From positions 1,802-65,801 of IMG/VR virus record IMGVR_UViG_3300015242_000023: 64,000 bases of DNA. One strand, given 5' to 3'. Positions within the stretch are counted from its first letter, which is position 1, and every line of letters begins with the position of its first letter. A program made the position numbers and the translations under genes. The notes beneath the pieces were generated by a model, which saw nothing but the letters and a program-made list of their open reading frames with translations, had not been told where the DNA came from and made no database searches. The stretch is from a virus. This document shows, piece by piece, positions 1 through 9,036 of this stretch.

Positions 1-124
1 GCGCCTCATCCCGAAACGAGGAAAGGGCTGAATCGAGCCGTGTATTGTCAGCACTGAGTTCTTCAACCCGCTCCAGCAACCGATTGAAAGCGTCCATCCC
101 GTCCACGTCCATTTTGATCTCCTG

Positions 125-469
125 TTAAAAGGGTACGCGACTTTTGAAGTGGTCGATCGCCTGGCTTGGCGACGCATCCGGAAGATCAGGCCGATGCACC
201 GTCGCATAGGCCGAGTGAGCGACCATAAATTCATAGTCCGCTTTGGTCGTGGCTTCGATACTGCGCAACTGGATGCCCTCAACTTCGATCGGTATCTGGT
301 CGCCCATGAGAATGGCCCGCGGGTTCGTTTCATTGCGGACCAGCGCCTGCCATCGCGGCGAACGGTCTAACTCTTCACCATCGATCACCGGGGGGCCACA
401 CCACGTCATCACGCCGACGTAGGGACCCCCTTTCGCGAACTTTGCGCGCCAGTAGAAACGCTCGCTCAC
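125..469 (-). CDS. Hypothetical phage protein
   Basis: GTG start overlaps the stop of the upstream gene (GTGA); continuous ORF. Confidence 0.55.
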   Translation of the reverse strand: MSERFYWRAKFAKGGPYVGVMTWCGPPVIDGEELDRSPRWQALVRNETNPRAILMGDQIPIEVEGIQLRSIEATTKADYEFMVAHSAYATVHRPDLPDASPSQAIDHFKSRVPF

Positions 470-894
470 CACGGCTCCTCGTAAGAGCCAGTGAGTAGGA
501 CCATCTGGCCACCGTACTGCATGACATTCGCAGACACTTCGGCGCGATTGACGGGATTGTCGATCTGGCAATAGCAGATGATGTTATTCTTGACGTCTAA
601 GCGCGCGACCCACTTCACCTCCACTTTGCGCGGCGGGGGCGGGAGGAGGTCGCCATTCATCTGGCCGTCAGGGTAGACACGACCGTCTTCGTCCCATAAC
701 TGCGTATGACTATGAGGACCTGCAGATAGCCAGCCAAGAATGGGACGTGCTGAGACAGTTAAGACAGGCTGCATATGAGCGGGACAATCTGTGGCGACAA
801 TCACCATCATCAGACCGTCGCGCGTCATCACCAGTGCGCGGCCCTTATCGTCCTTGGGATAGTGGCCAGATTCTATGTGTTCCTTGACGTTCAT
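466..894 (-). CDS. Hypothetical phage protein
   Basis: ATG at 894 preceded by GGAGG-like RBS; MNVKEHIESGHYPKD... Confidence 0.6.
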   Translation of the reverse strand: MNVKEHIESGHYPKDDKGRALVMTRDGLMMVIVATDCPAHMQPVLTVSARPILGWLSAGPHSHTQLWDEDGRVYPDGQMNGDLLPPPPRKVEVKWVARLDVKNNIICYCQIDNPVNRAEVSANVMQYGGQMVLLTGSYEEPW

Positions 895-954
895 ATTGCC
901 TCCAATCGCTTGCCTATCCGCCGCCCGATGAGCGGGCGACGTCAAGGGAAACGG

Positions 955-1563
955 TCAGTTGCAGGTGATGGAGTTCGTACCCGGCACCATGGTGCAGTTC
1001 GGCGGCGGAGCGTAGGCGGCCTGACGCACGGACACCGGAGCGACTGCGACCGGCCGAGGAACGGCCCTCTCACGTTCCTGGATGGTCTGGGCGCACTGCG
1101 GCTCGTTGGTGCGGGAAATGGCGTTCCGCACACCTTCGATGTCGCACATACGCTCCTTCGCCGCATCGGGCATACGGAGCGTGGTGGCAAGCATGATGGC
1201 CTCACGCTGCGCCTTGCAGTCCTTGCTCTCGCTCGTGAAGCTAGCGCTCACCAGCCAGATCGCGCCCGACCAGGCGACGCCGCAGTCATTGAACGTGCCG
1301 GTCGACGGCGCGTTGGTGCTGTTCATGATGAGCTGGGGCTGCGAAAGCAGACCAGAAGCCGAGGCCGCTGCAGAGGCAGCACCCGCCGCTCCTGCGCCGC
1401 CCAGCGCACCCGGCATGAAGATGGCGCCAACCGCCTCCGCCCCGGCAACCGCGCCGGACGTCGTGGTGTTCTTGCTCGTGGCCTTGGTGGTCTGTGCGTG
1501 ACCAATGCCCGGGATTGCTATCAAGCACATGACAGCCAGCGCCCCGCTGATTAACTTCTTCAC
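955..1563 (-). CDS. Secreted/periplasmic protein with Cys-containing domain
   Basis: Sec signal MKKLISGALAVMCLIAIPGIGHA; Ala/Gly-rich linker; DC...DC...MC...QC cysteines; RBS AGGAGA. Confidence 0.7.
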   Translation of the reverse strand: MKKLISGALAVMCLIAIPGIGHAQTTKATSKNTTTSGAVAGAEAVGAIFMPGALGGAGAAGAASAAASASGLLSQPQLIMNSTNAPSTGTFNDCGVAWSGAIWLVSASFTSESKDCKAQREAIMLATTLRMPDAAKERMCDIEGVRNAISRTNEPQCAQTIQERERAVPRPVAVAPVSVRQAAYAPPPNCTMVPGTNSITCN

Positions 1564-1598
1564 TGGAACTCTCCTATGGGTTTCTGTCTGGGTAGAGG

Positions 1599-1625
1599 GG
1601 TCGAGGCGCTACGAACGCCTCGACC
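1599..1625. other. Perfect 10-bp intergenic hairpin
   Basis: GGTCGAGGCG-CTACGAA-CGCCTCGACC between two secreted-protein genes; no U-tract. Confidence 0.7.
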
Positions 1626-1634
1626 GGCCCCAAC

Positions 1635-2039
1635 CTAGAAGTGCAGTTTCACCGACGTCGTCTTGACCTTCTGGGTGGCAGACCCAGCGCCGATCGATTC
1701 CGACATGCCCCCACCGGAGCCAGCCGAGCCGCCGAGCCCGAGCGAGCCGCCGACGATCGTGGTGTTGTTGCCGGTGACATAGCCCTGGGTGACCTGCGAG
1801 CTGTTGCCCGTGGTCTTGGCCTTCACGTCGCCAGCGGCCACGCCGCTGTTGGTCACGCTGATGCCGGTCACGCCGAGCAGTGCCGTACCGCCGATGGCGC
1901 TCGTGCCGGACTGCGAGCCGCCCGCCGCCTCGGCCCCGGTCTGGCTCTTGGCCTGCTTGACCGTGAGCTTGCCGTCGAACGCGAAGGCCGGAGAGGCCAG
2001 CGCCGTCGATACGGCCAATGCAACGATGAACTTACGCAT
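1635..2039 (-). CDS. Secreted Gly/Ser/Thr-rich protein
   Basis: Signal peptide MRKFIVALAVSTALASPAFA; low-complexity mature part ending in Phe; RBS AAGGAG. Confidence 0.7.
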   Translation of the reverse strand: MRKFIVALAVSTALASPAFAFDGKLTVKQAKSQTGAEAAGGSQSGTSAIGGTALLGVTGISVTNSGVAAGDVKAKTTGNSSQVTQGYVTGNNTTIVGGSLGLGGSAGSGGGMSESIGAGSATQKVKTTSVKLHF

Positions 2040-2258
2040 TTGAGACAGTCTCCTTGAATGCCCACACAAATTCAGGGCGGTTGTATCCCGGTCTCAGCAC
2101 CGTGCTGCTCGGGAATTCTGGATTAGACCTTGTCTGCCAGTTCGCAGAGAAGGATCGCGAATTTGATGAGGAAGGTCACGGCCGGCTCCGCAGCCAATCG
2201 GAGACGGTGCTGGCCAGCAGGATCGCGGCCAGCAGGATGAGGATTGCCTCCATTTGGG

Positions 2259-2486
2259 TCATGCCTGCCTCCATGCGTTGCTGACAGCGAGGAGGCGCAG
2301 GGCGAGACCGGTCAGGCGGGCAGTGGGAATGAACTTGGGCTTGAACCGGATCATGCCGACACCGTCATGCTGAATAAACTCCCAGTATTCGTGATGCGTA
2401 TAGGCATTCAGGATTGTTTGCCCTGGCTCCAGATGAACCGGGATTGCCTGCCCCGGCTCAATTCGCATCTTCGTCTGTCCCGCCAT
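2259..2486 (-). CDS. Hypothetical protein
   Basis: ATG with AAGGGG RBS downstream of a TTGACA promoter. Confidence 0.5.
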   Translation of the reverse strand: MAGQTKMRIEPGQAIPVHLEPGQTILNAYTHHEYWEFIQHDGVGMIRFKPKFIPTARLTGLALRLLAVSNAWRQA

Positions 2487-2504
2487 GATGATCCCCTTCG
2501 GCGC

Positions 2505-2570
2505 ATTAATACGCTCATCTGCTATTTTATGTCAATGTCGACTTGCTATTTTTTTTAGACGGCGTATTTT
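2505..2570. promoter_or_regulatory. Back-to-back divergent sigma70-like promoters
   Basis: TTGACA on - strand (2530-2535) with TATTAA about 18 nt downstream; TTGCTA (2543-2548) N16 TATTTT on + strand; AT-rich island where gene orientation switches. Confidence 0.55.
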
Positions 2571-2577
2571 CTTCGCT

Positions 2578-2814
2578 ATGGACAATCCGATTGACACATT
2601 GGTCCGCCGCATCGATGCCCATCTAAAGCGGACGGGCAAAAAAGCCACCAACTTCGGCATAGAAGTCCGGAGAAATCCCAGTTTGGTTCCTCGCCTCAGG
2701 AAGGGCATAGCGTCGGTTTCAACGATCATGGCGGTTGCCGAGTATCTGGATAAGATGGAAAAGGCAGAGCGCAGGAAGGCGCGAAAGACCGGGGGCAAGA
2801 ATGGTCGACTTTGA
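2578..2814 (+). CDS. Small Cro-like helix-turn-helix protein
   Basis: 78 aa, basic, pattern IDAHLKRTGKKATNFGIEVRRNPSLVPRLRKG; first gene after a divergent promoter. Confidence 0.55.
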   Translation: MDNPIDTLVRRIDAHLKRTGKKATNFGIEVRRNPSLVPRLRKGIASVSTIMAVAEYLDKMEKAERRKARKTGGKNGRL

Positions 2815-3115
2815 GACTGACGACGAAATGACCCAGCGTCTGTTTGATGACATGGGGGCATTCGTGAACGCTTGGGCCAACAAGAACTGCGACGGCATGC
2901 TGGCTGGCGAGACGGCGATCGGCGCCCTGCAGACGCATCTGGGCAACGTGATCGGCAATATCCCGTGCGCGCATTGTCGGGCGGTCCTGCTTGAAGACGT
3001 GATCCGCGAACTGGTGCGGGCGGCTGACGCCCCGCTTGTGGTCGCTGTCCATACCGACCCCGGCGCGGCTGCTGAGGCGGCCTTGGCGCTGATCGAGCCG
3101 CAAGGGCGGGCGTGA
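2801..3115 (+). CDS. Hypothetical protein
   Basis: ATG overlapping the previous gene; acidic 104 aa ORF. Confidence 0.55.
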   Translation: MVDFETDDEMTQRLFDDMGAFVNAWANKNCDGMLAGETAIGALQTHLGNVIGNIPCAHCRAVLLEDVIRELVRAADAPLVVAVHTDPGAAAEAALALIEPQGRA

Positions 3116-3603
3116 TGCCGAGATGGCGCGAGCCTACTGCCAAAGACTATGACCGCCTGATAGCGTTCTTCGACGAACTCGGTCTCGCGGCCTTCCGGCC
3201 AATGCAGAGACAGTGCAAACGGGAGCGCAAGTCGCTGGTCATGCGGGAGAAGGCGCTGCGCCAACACCAGGATGTAGAATTCCAGCAACGTTTCCGGGGA
3301 GGGCGCGCGGCGGCTTTCCGGGACTGTGGCCGCGAGACGATCCGGCTGCAGAAGTTCCGGGAGAGCTTCCGAAAGGTGCCCCGGGCGTTACCGCCTATGA
3401 CGCCCGATCAGCTCCGCGAATACAAGCGCCTGCTCCACGAAGGCGCCAAGCGTCCCGACGCGCTCAACGTCATACTTTCCCCTCGCAATTCCTCCGGCGA
3501 CCACACTTCCCAGTCCACCGCCGGAGCCAAGCACCGTCCCCGGGTGCTGGTCGGGCCGCCTGCTTCCAACCCGGCAGGCGGCCCGAGAGACTTAGCCCCA
3601 TGA
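3112..3603 (+). CDS. Hypothetical protein
   Basis: GTGA overlap with upstream stop; Arg-rich ORF. Confidence 0.45.
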   Translation: MMPRWREPTAKDYDRLIAFFDELGLAAFRPMQRQCKRERKSLVMREKALRQHQDVEFQQRFRGGRAAAFRDCGRETIRLQKFRESFRKVPRALPPMTPDQLREYKRLLHEGAKRPDALNVILSPRNSSGDHTSQSTAGAKHRPRVLVGPPASNPAGGPRDLAP

Positions 3604-3821
3604 GACCGTTCCGCGTCGCCAAACCTCAGACCGAGGCACAGAAGCGAACCGATCTGGCGTCATGGAAGACGTTCGGCACCGCACTCGACCGCCGTAGAGG
3701 GCTGTTGTGTCAGACCTTCACCCCCGAAGGCGATTACGCCTGCCGAGCATATGGATCCTACTACCACAATGGTCTCCGCTATTGCGGGCATCACGCGCCC
3801 GCGGGCGCTGAACGTCGATAG
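3600..3821 (+). CDS. Small hypothetical protein with C-x-x-x...C-x-H-H motif
   Basis: ATGA overlap; MRPFRVAKP...LCQ...ACRAYG...YCGHHAP. Confidence 0.5.
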   Translation: MRPFRVAKPQTEAQKRTDLASWKTFGTALDRRRGLLCQTFTPEGDYACRAYGSYYHNGLRYCGHHAPAGAERR

Positions 3822-3856
3822 TTTTCAACAACCCCCAACATCAAGGAGCGGGGACC

Positions 3857-4477
3857 ATGGCAGAGCGTGCGCGTGCGAAGAAGAAGGCCGCCAAAGGAAC
3901 TGGCCGGGTGCCCAGTCGAGGCACCGTGGCAACGTTGCCCAAGAGCGCCAAGGCGAAGGGCAAGAAGAAGCCCGACATCGGCCATAACAGTGGCATGCAC
4001 AAGGTGCCCGATGAGGTCTATGACCGCCACCTGGCGAAGATCAATTCGAGCGAGAAGTCCATGCAGAAGGCCAAAGCCGAATATGACCAGGCCCGCGGCG
4101 TCCACCAATCGGCGTTCAAGGCAGCCAAGAACGACGGCTGCAATATCGACGCCATCCGCCTGGCGCGGAAGCTGGACAGCATGGACCACGGCGCCGTCGT
4201 CACCGACTATGCCGATGTCGGCCGCGTACTGAACCTGATGAAGTCGCCCCTGGGTTCTCAGCAGATGGATCTCTTCGGCTCCATCACCCCGCCTGAGCCG
4301 CCGGTGGATGCCGCGCTGCAGGGCCAGATGGCCGGCCGCAATGGCGAGCCCGCCCAGAACAACCCCCATACCCCGGGCACCGAGAATTTCACGATCTGGG
4401 CGGAGAATTGGGTCGCCGGCCAAGGCCAGCTCCAAGACGGCATCGGCAAGAGCGGCACCGACGCAACGAAGCACTGA
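3857..4477 (+). CDS. GapR/DUF2312-like DNA-binding protein with C-terminal RMF-like domain
   Basis: IGHNS motif then helical core ...QSAFKAAKNDGCNIDAIRLARKLD; C-terminal GQMAGRNG..NPH...W..NW..G pattern; RBS GGAG. Confidence 0.6.
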   Translation: MAERARAKKKAAKGTGRVPSRGTVATLPKSAKAKGKKKPDIGHNSGMHKVPDEVYDRHLAKINSSEKSMQKAKAEYDQARGVHQSAFKAAKNDGCNIDAIRLARKLDSMDHGAVVTDYADVGRVLNLMKSPLGSQQMDLFGSITPPEPPVDAALQGQMAGRNGEPAQNNPHTPGTENFTIWAENWVAGQGQLQDGIGKSGTDATKH

Positions 4478-4980
4478 TGCCTTCGCTGCTTGCGCTGGAT
4501 TGCTCGACGCACGTCGGCTGGAGCCTTTGGGCTTCAGCCGAGAAGCCGGTCAAATTCGGCACATGGCACGCCCCAAAGACTTGGGCGGTCGATGCCTATG
4601 GACGCCGGCTCAAAGCATTCCATGATTGGTTGTGCGATCATATCACCCGGTATCAGCCGGACATGTTGGCCTTTGAAAGCCCCGTTCTTCCTCGAGCCGG
4701 CATGAAGGACATGAAGACCACCGAGGACACCATGCGGCTTCTGATCGGGCTGGTAGCTGTGGCCGAATTGGTGGCGGAATTGCGCGGGCTGCGGTGCTTC
4801 GAGGTTCATGGCAGCACCGTCAAGGTAGCACTCGCCGGCACGTCGCGCTTCCCCAGCACAGAGAAGAACAGGATCATGGTGTCAGCAGCACATGCCCGCA
4901 ACTTCATGGTGGCCGATGGACATCAAGCCGACTCCTGCGGCGTCGGTCTTGTGGTCTATGACATGCTGTCCGACTCTTAA
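4477..4980 (+). CDS. RuvC-like Holliday junction resolvase
   Basis: N-terminal LLALDCSTHVGW, central AFESP, C-terminal HQADSCGV: RuvC acidic-residue layout. Confidence 0.75.
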   Translation: MPSLLALDCSTHVGWSLWASAEKPVKFGTWHAPKTWAVDAYGRRLKAFHDWLCDHITRYQPDMLAFESPVLPRAGMKDMKTTEDTMRLLIGLVAVAELVAELRGLRCFEVHGSTVKVALAGTSRFPSTEKNRIMVSAAHARNFMVADGHQADSCGVGLVVYDMLSDS

Positions 4981-4994
4981 AGAGGTGCGGGGGA

Positions 4995-6161
4995 ATGACA
5001 GTCAGAAATTTAACAGGCGAAGTCCGCGCGAAGTTGGCAGAGTTGCCGGACGAGAGCATCGACATCGTCGTGACATCGCCGCCTTACTGGGGTCTGCGTT
5101 CGTATTTGCCGGACGACCATCCCGACAAGCATATGGAGATCGGGCTCGAGCCGACGTTGGGCGCGCACTTGGATACCCTGGTGGCCGTCTTCCGCGAAAT
5201 GCGCCGGGTGATGAAGCCCGATGCGCCGTTCTGGCTCAACTATGGCGACTGCTACGCCACCGCGCCCAACGGTCGATCGGCCGCGGCAACGAAGGCAGCA
5301 GGCAAGGACGACCGCACGTTCCGAGATAAACCGTTCTCGACGGTGGGGCCGATTTATCAAGTCGATGACTCTCCGAGAAACCAAAGCCGCCGCGGGCGCG
5401 CGGGAAACCTCGGGAATGGCGGAGTCAACGGCGCCGGAATCCCCAACGGCCGCGTCGTCGCGGGCGGTTACCTGAAGTCCAAGGACCTGTGCCTGATCCC
5501 GTTCCGCCTCGCCATCGCCCTGCAGGAAGATGGCTGGTGGGTCCGCTCGCGCTGCATGTGGGGGAAGCCTAACGGCATGCCGGACAGCTCGGGAAAATAC
5601 CGGCCGAGCGTGGCGCACGAGGAAATCTTCCTGCTCAGCAAGAGCGGTGATCTGTTCTACGACGCCGAGGCTGTGAGCGCACCGGTGAGCGGGTCGACGC
5701 ATGCCCGCGTGTCCCATAACGTCGCGGCGCAGATTGGCAGCACCAGAGCCAACGGCGGCCGGAAGACCAACGACAATATGAAGGCCGTCGTCCGCAAGCG
5801 CGCGGCGCCCGGCAAGGGCATCAAGAACAACGAGAGCATGGACGATGCGCTGTCGATCATGCCCGACACCCGCTACCTGCGCACCTACGAGCCCGAGGTC
5901 TGGCACATCGCAACTGCGGCCTATGCCGAGGCGCACTTCGCCACCTTCCCGCCCGCGCTGGTCGAACGCTGCCTGATGGCCGGATTGCCCAAAGGGCGCC
6001 GCTGCGTCGTGCTCGACCCTTTCGGCGGCGCCGGCACCGTCGGCCTAGTCGCCGATCGCATGGGCCACGACGCTATTCTGATCGATCTGAACCCCGATTA
6101 TACCGTCATGGCGCGGCACCGCGTGAAGGATGATGCGCCTCTCTTTGTGGAGCTGGCCTAG
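4995..6161 (+). CDS. Beta-class N4-cytosine/N6-adenine DNA methyltransferase
   Basis: Catalytic motif IV VTSPPYW near the N-terminus, HFATFP, SAM-binding motif I VLDPFGGAGT near the C-terminus. Confidence 0.92.
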   Translation: MTVRNLTGEVRAKLAELPDESIDIVVTSPPYWGLRSYLPDDHPDKHMEIGLEPTLGAHLDTLVAVFREMRRVMKPDAPFWLNYGDCYATAPNGRSAAATKAAGKDDRTFRDKPFSTVGPIYQVDDSPRNQSRRGRAGNLGNGGVNGAGIPNGRVVAGGYLKSKDLCLIPFRLAIALQEDGWWVRSRCMWGKPNGMPDSSGKYRPSVAHEEIFLLSKSGDLFYDAEAVSAPVSGSTHARVSHNVAAQIGSTRANGGRKTNDNMKAVVRKRAAPGKGIKNNESMDDALSIMPDTRYLRTYEPEVWHIATAAYAEAHFATFPPALVERCLMAGLPKGRRCVVLDPFGGAGTVGLVADRMGHDAILIDLNPDYTVMARHRVKDDAPLFVELA

Positions 6162-6164
6162 GCC

Positions 6165-7487
6165 CTACTTCCGCACCCTGGTCCCAGATGCGCCATTGTA
6201 GGTCGCGACGTGGTTATCCTTGACCTCAGTGTTGCTGGGCGCCGGCACGTTGGCTGGCGCGTCCAAGATGAACTTGCTCAGACCCGAGCTCGGCAGACCG
6301 AAGTTGTTCACAGGGATATCCCCCGTGGACATCTCGTTGGCGTAGATCACCGTCCCATAGCCGGGGCCGTCCAACTTGAAGAGGCTCTGGCCTGTGTTCT
6401 CGCCATTGTTGAAGGCGCCCACCCGGAGCCCCTGCGGCGCATAGATGCCGTACTGACTGTTCTGGATGAACGAGCCCATGATGATGTTGTGGCTGTAGCC
6501 GGTGTTGATTCCGGACCCGCCGTTGCGGCTCATGTTCGGAGCGATGCCGAAGACGTTGGACATGATCGCCCCGCCTAGGCTCTGGGCCAGCATGCCGTCC
6601 TTGCGCATGTTTTCGGCGTGCAGGTTGATGTGGCTGAACTCAAACACCGCGCCTTCAAAAATGAAACCGTATTCGGCATAGCTCGTGTAGATGTTCTGGA
6701 GGGTCGGCTTGTAGATATCCATGGCCGTGCCGCCTTGGGCCCGGATGCGGAGGCAGGCGCCGGCCGGGGGCCGATCATAGCCGCCGCCGTACAGTTGGAA
6801 GTTCATCAGGACGAAACCGCGGTTGGCAACGCCGGTCACGCCTTCAAAGCGGAACATGTCCTGACCGCCGGCGCCCACCCAGTTGATCTGCGCCCAACTG
6901 CCGTCGATGCCCCACACCTCGCCGCCGTGTTCGGTCTGGCGGAAGACGATGGTCTGGTCGATGTCGATCACCGTGCCAGGCGCCAGCGTGATCACCGTCC
7001 GGGTCGATGCTGCGGCATTGGCCAGCGCCTGCAACTGTGGCGTGGTCGTGGGCTTAGGCAACATGCCGCCCATAATGTTGATCACCGTTCCCCCGCCGCC
7101 CGTGCCGGGGACGCCTTGGATGCCCTGATCGCCCTTGTCCCCCTTCGGACCAGCCGCTCCGGTAGCTCCGGGCGCGCCCTGAATGCCTTGCAGCCCCGCG
7201 TGGCCCTGAGCCCCCGCCGGTCCCGTCGGCCCCTGTGGGCCCGTTCCTGAGCCGCCAGTGCCGCTTCCTGCCGGACCCTGCGGTCCCTGTGGCCCGGTCA
7301 CTCCCTGTGGACCCTGCGGACCGGGAGGTCCCTGCGTGCCGCCGCCGGGCGGCGGCTCTACCTCGGGCGAGTCCACCGTGTAGGTCCCCAGATCATCCCA
7401 TCCGTCTCCCCGCAGAAAGAACAACATCGACGCCGTTTCCGTGTTCAGCACCGTCTTGCCGTTGATGATCAGCTTGACAGTGGTCAT
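6165..7487 (-). CDS. Collagen-repeat protein with predicted right-handed beta-helix (tailspike/depolymerase-like) domain
   Basis: GPQ/GAQ triplets, then [14 protein letters not shown] and Asn/Gly-rich periodic strands; RBS GAGGAG. Confidence 0.65.
   Translation of the reverse strand: MTTVKLIINGKTVLNTETASMLFFLRGDGWDDLGTYTVDSPEVEPPPGGGTQGPPGPQGPQGVTGPQGPQGPAGSGTGGSGTGPQGPTGPAGAQGHAGLQGIQGAPGATGAAGPKGDKGDQGIQGVPGTGGGGTVINIMGGMLPKPTTTPQLQALANAAASTRTVITLAPGTVIDIDQTIVFRQTEHGGEVWGIDGSWAQINWVGAGGQDMFRFEGVTGVANRGFVLMNFQLYGGGYDRPPAGACLRIRAQGGTAMDIYKPTLQNIYTSYAEYGFIFEGAVFEFSHINLHAENMRKDGMLAQSLGGAIMSNVFGIAPNMSRNGGSGINTGYSHNIIMGSFIQNSQYGIYAPQGLRVGAFNNGENTGQSLFKLDGPGYGTVIYANEMSTGDIPVNNFGLPSSGLSKFILDAPANVPAPSNTEVKDNHVATYNGASGTRVRK
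7105..7345 (-). repeat. Collagen-like Gly-X-Y coding repeat (GPQ type)
   Basis: [22 protein letters not shown]... in translation; approximate bounds. Confidence 0.8.
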
Positions 7488-7602
7488 CGGCGTAGCTCCT
7501 CGTTGGGGGCCTCACTATAACCTGTGCATGGCTCGGTGAATATCGGGGACAACCGACCAGGCACGAGGCCGTTGCGCGACCGAAGCAATAAGCATATTAT
7601 TG

Positions 7603-7633
7603 AAACAACAAACGGCCCCCGCGAGGGAGCCGT
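7603..7633 (-). terminator. Intrinsic terminator
   Basis: - strand ACGGCTCCC-TCGC-GGGGGCCGT followed by TTGTTGTTT. Confidence 0.7.
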
Positions 7634-7992
7634 CTGAGTGCTGAAGGACCTTGACGGGTCCAGAAAGCAGTTGGGATGTAGCCGCATCCCGTGGAGCGAA
7701 GATAATCGCTCCCGGTGTCCGAGACAACCCAATCCGTCTGTTGGTTATTTGCGTCCGGCTATCTTTACCGAGGTGAAAGCCCTCGGGTTTGTCGGCCTTC
7801 CAGTGGTTGCCGTCCTGCACGCTGGATTATGCCATGGGGAGCGGGGATCTTCGGGTTCTGGGCCTACGGGCTTCCATGGGAGAAGTGGCGCAAGTGGATC
7901 ATGAGGGGCCTGCGGGTTGGGTGCCATGCCTTATCCACAGTCAGCTTGGGTTGCGGGCAATCACTAAATGCCCCGCTCCCAAGAAATCAATC

Positions 7993-8400
7993 ATGGTCAG
8001 ATTCATGAGCATCCTCTCTTGGATAGAGAGGATGCGGGCGGGAGCAATTGAAATGGGCAGGTTTCATCGCAAGATAAGGATACTGGCGAAAACCGAATGG
8101 CCGGTATTTGTGCGAATGCACGAGACGGATAATCCCATACCTGTTGACCCGCGCTCGTTTTATCCGTGGGCATTGGCTCAACCAAAGCCAGAGCGGTACA
8201 GGCTGTTCGCTGTGTTTCGGGAGTTCGTCATGTCCGAGCGATACTCGCGAACGGTGATGGCGGAAGGCGCGTATTACCATAGCCTTGATGGAGTCGTGAC
8301 GCGCCCGGTGCCTGATGTATCGATCAAGAATGCGCGTCGGAACATCGAAAATATCGACCAGTTTCGCGCAAGCAGGCCACTTGGAGGGAGCCATGGCTAA
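7993..8400 (+). CDS. Hypothetical protein
   Basis: ORF translationally coupled to the next gene; start uncertain (7993 or 8005). Confidence 0.5.
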   Translation: MVRFMSILSWIERMRAGAIEMGRFHRKIRILAKTEWPVFVRMHETDNPIPVDPRSFYPWALAQPKPERYRLFAVFREFVMSERYSRTVMAEGAYYHSLDGVVTRPVPDVSIKNARRNIENIDQFRASRPLGGSHG

Positions 8401-8830
8401 AAACGAGAAGACGAGCGCGCGCGTTGCGAAGATCGCGGCCAAGGTACTGGCGGTGGACATCAATCAGTTTCCCGATCAACCGCACTCGCCGATCAATCCG
8501 GCGCATGTGGATGTCATGGTGCTAATTGGGCAGTCGCATTCGACGGGCTTGAAGTGGTCCGACATCCGCGCACTCGCCGCCTCGGCGCTCACCCAGACGC
8601 CGGACAAGCGCGATATCGAAGCCGCTCGAAAGTATCTCTACAACGACCTCGGATTCGATCCGCGCGACGGCGGAAAGGTTGGTCGAGCGACGCACAACGC
8701 AATGGGCGATCGCATCAAGCCGAGGAAGATTCTGCCGCCCAAGGCCAAGTGTGTCTTGTCGGCGCGCATCAAGTCGAAGCGCCCGAGCTCATGGCCGCCA
8801 TCGGCTAAACCGGGAAGGAACTCACCGTGA
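8393..8830 (+). CDS. Hypothetical phage protein
   Basis: GGAGGGAG RBS; MAKNEKTSARVAKIAAKVL... Confidence 0.65.
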   Translation: MAKNEKTSARVAKIAAKVLAVDINQFPDQPHSPINPAHVDVMVLIGQSHSTGLKWSDIRALAASALTQTPDKRDIEAARKYLYNDLGFDPRDGGKVGRATHNAMGDRIKPRKILPPKAKCVLSARIKSKRPSSWPPSAKPGRNSP

Positions 8831-9036
8831 CGCCCTATGATCTGATCGACATAGAGGTTTGGCTCCATCATGAAAGTCACGCAGGAAACGAGAACGCCGG
8901 CGCCTATCTGGTGTCCACGGATCACAAACACAAAACCTGGGTGCCCAAAGTGGCCTGCCAGTTGGAACTGACCAATGGCAACCGTGGTACGCTCACTCTG
9001 ACAGAAAACTTGGCGGTCGAGCGAGGTTTGGTGTGA
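8827..9036 (+). CDS. Small hypothetical phage protein
   Basis: GTGA overlaps at both ends. Confidence 0.6.
   Translation: MTPYDLIDIEVWLHHESHAGNENAGAYLVSTDHKHKTWVPKVACQLELTNGNRGTLTLTENLAVERGLV

Noticed and set aside
4995-6161. Restriction-modification system
   Set aside because: No adjacent restriction endonuclease; the neighbour is a RuvC-like resolvase. An orphan protective methyltransferase is ordinary in phages.
7745-7927. 60-aa Pro-rich - strand ORF upstream of the terminator at 7603-7633
   Set aside because: No recognisable motif; could be real but the evidence is too weak to list as a feature.
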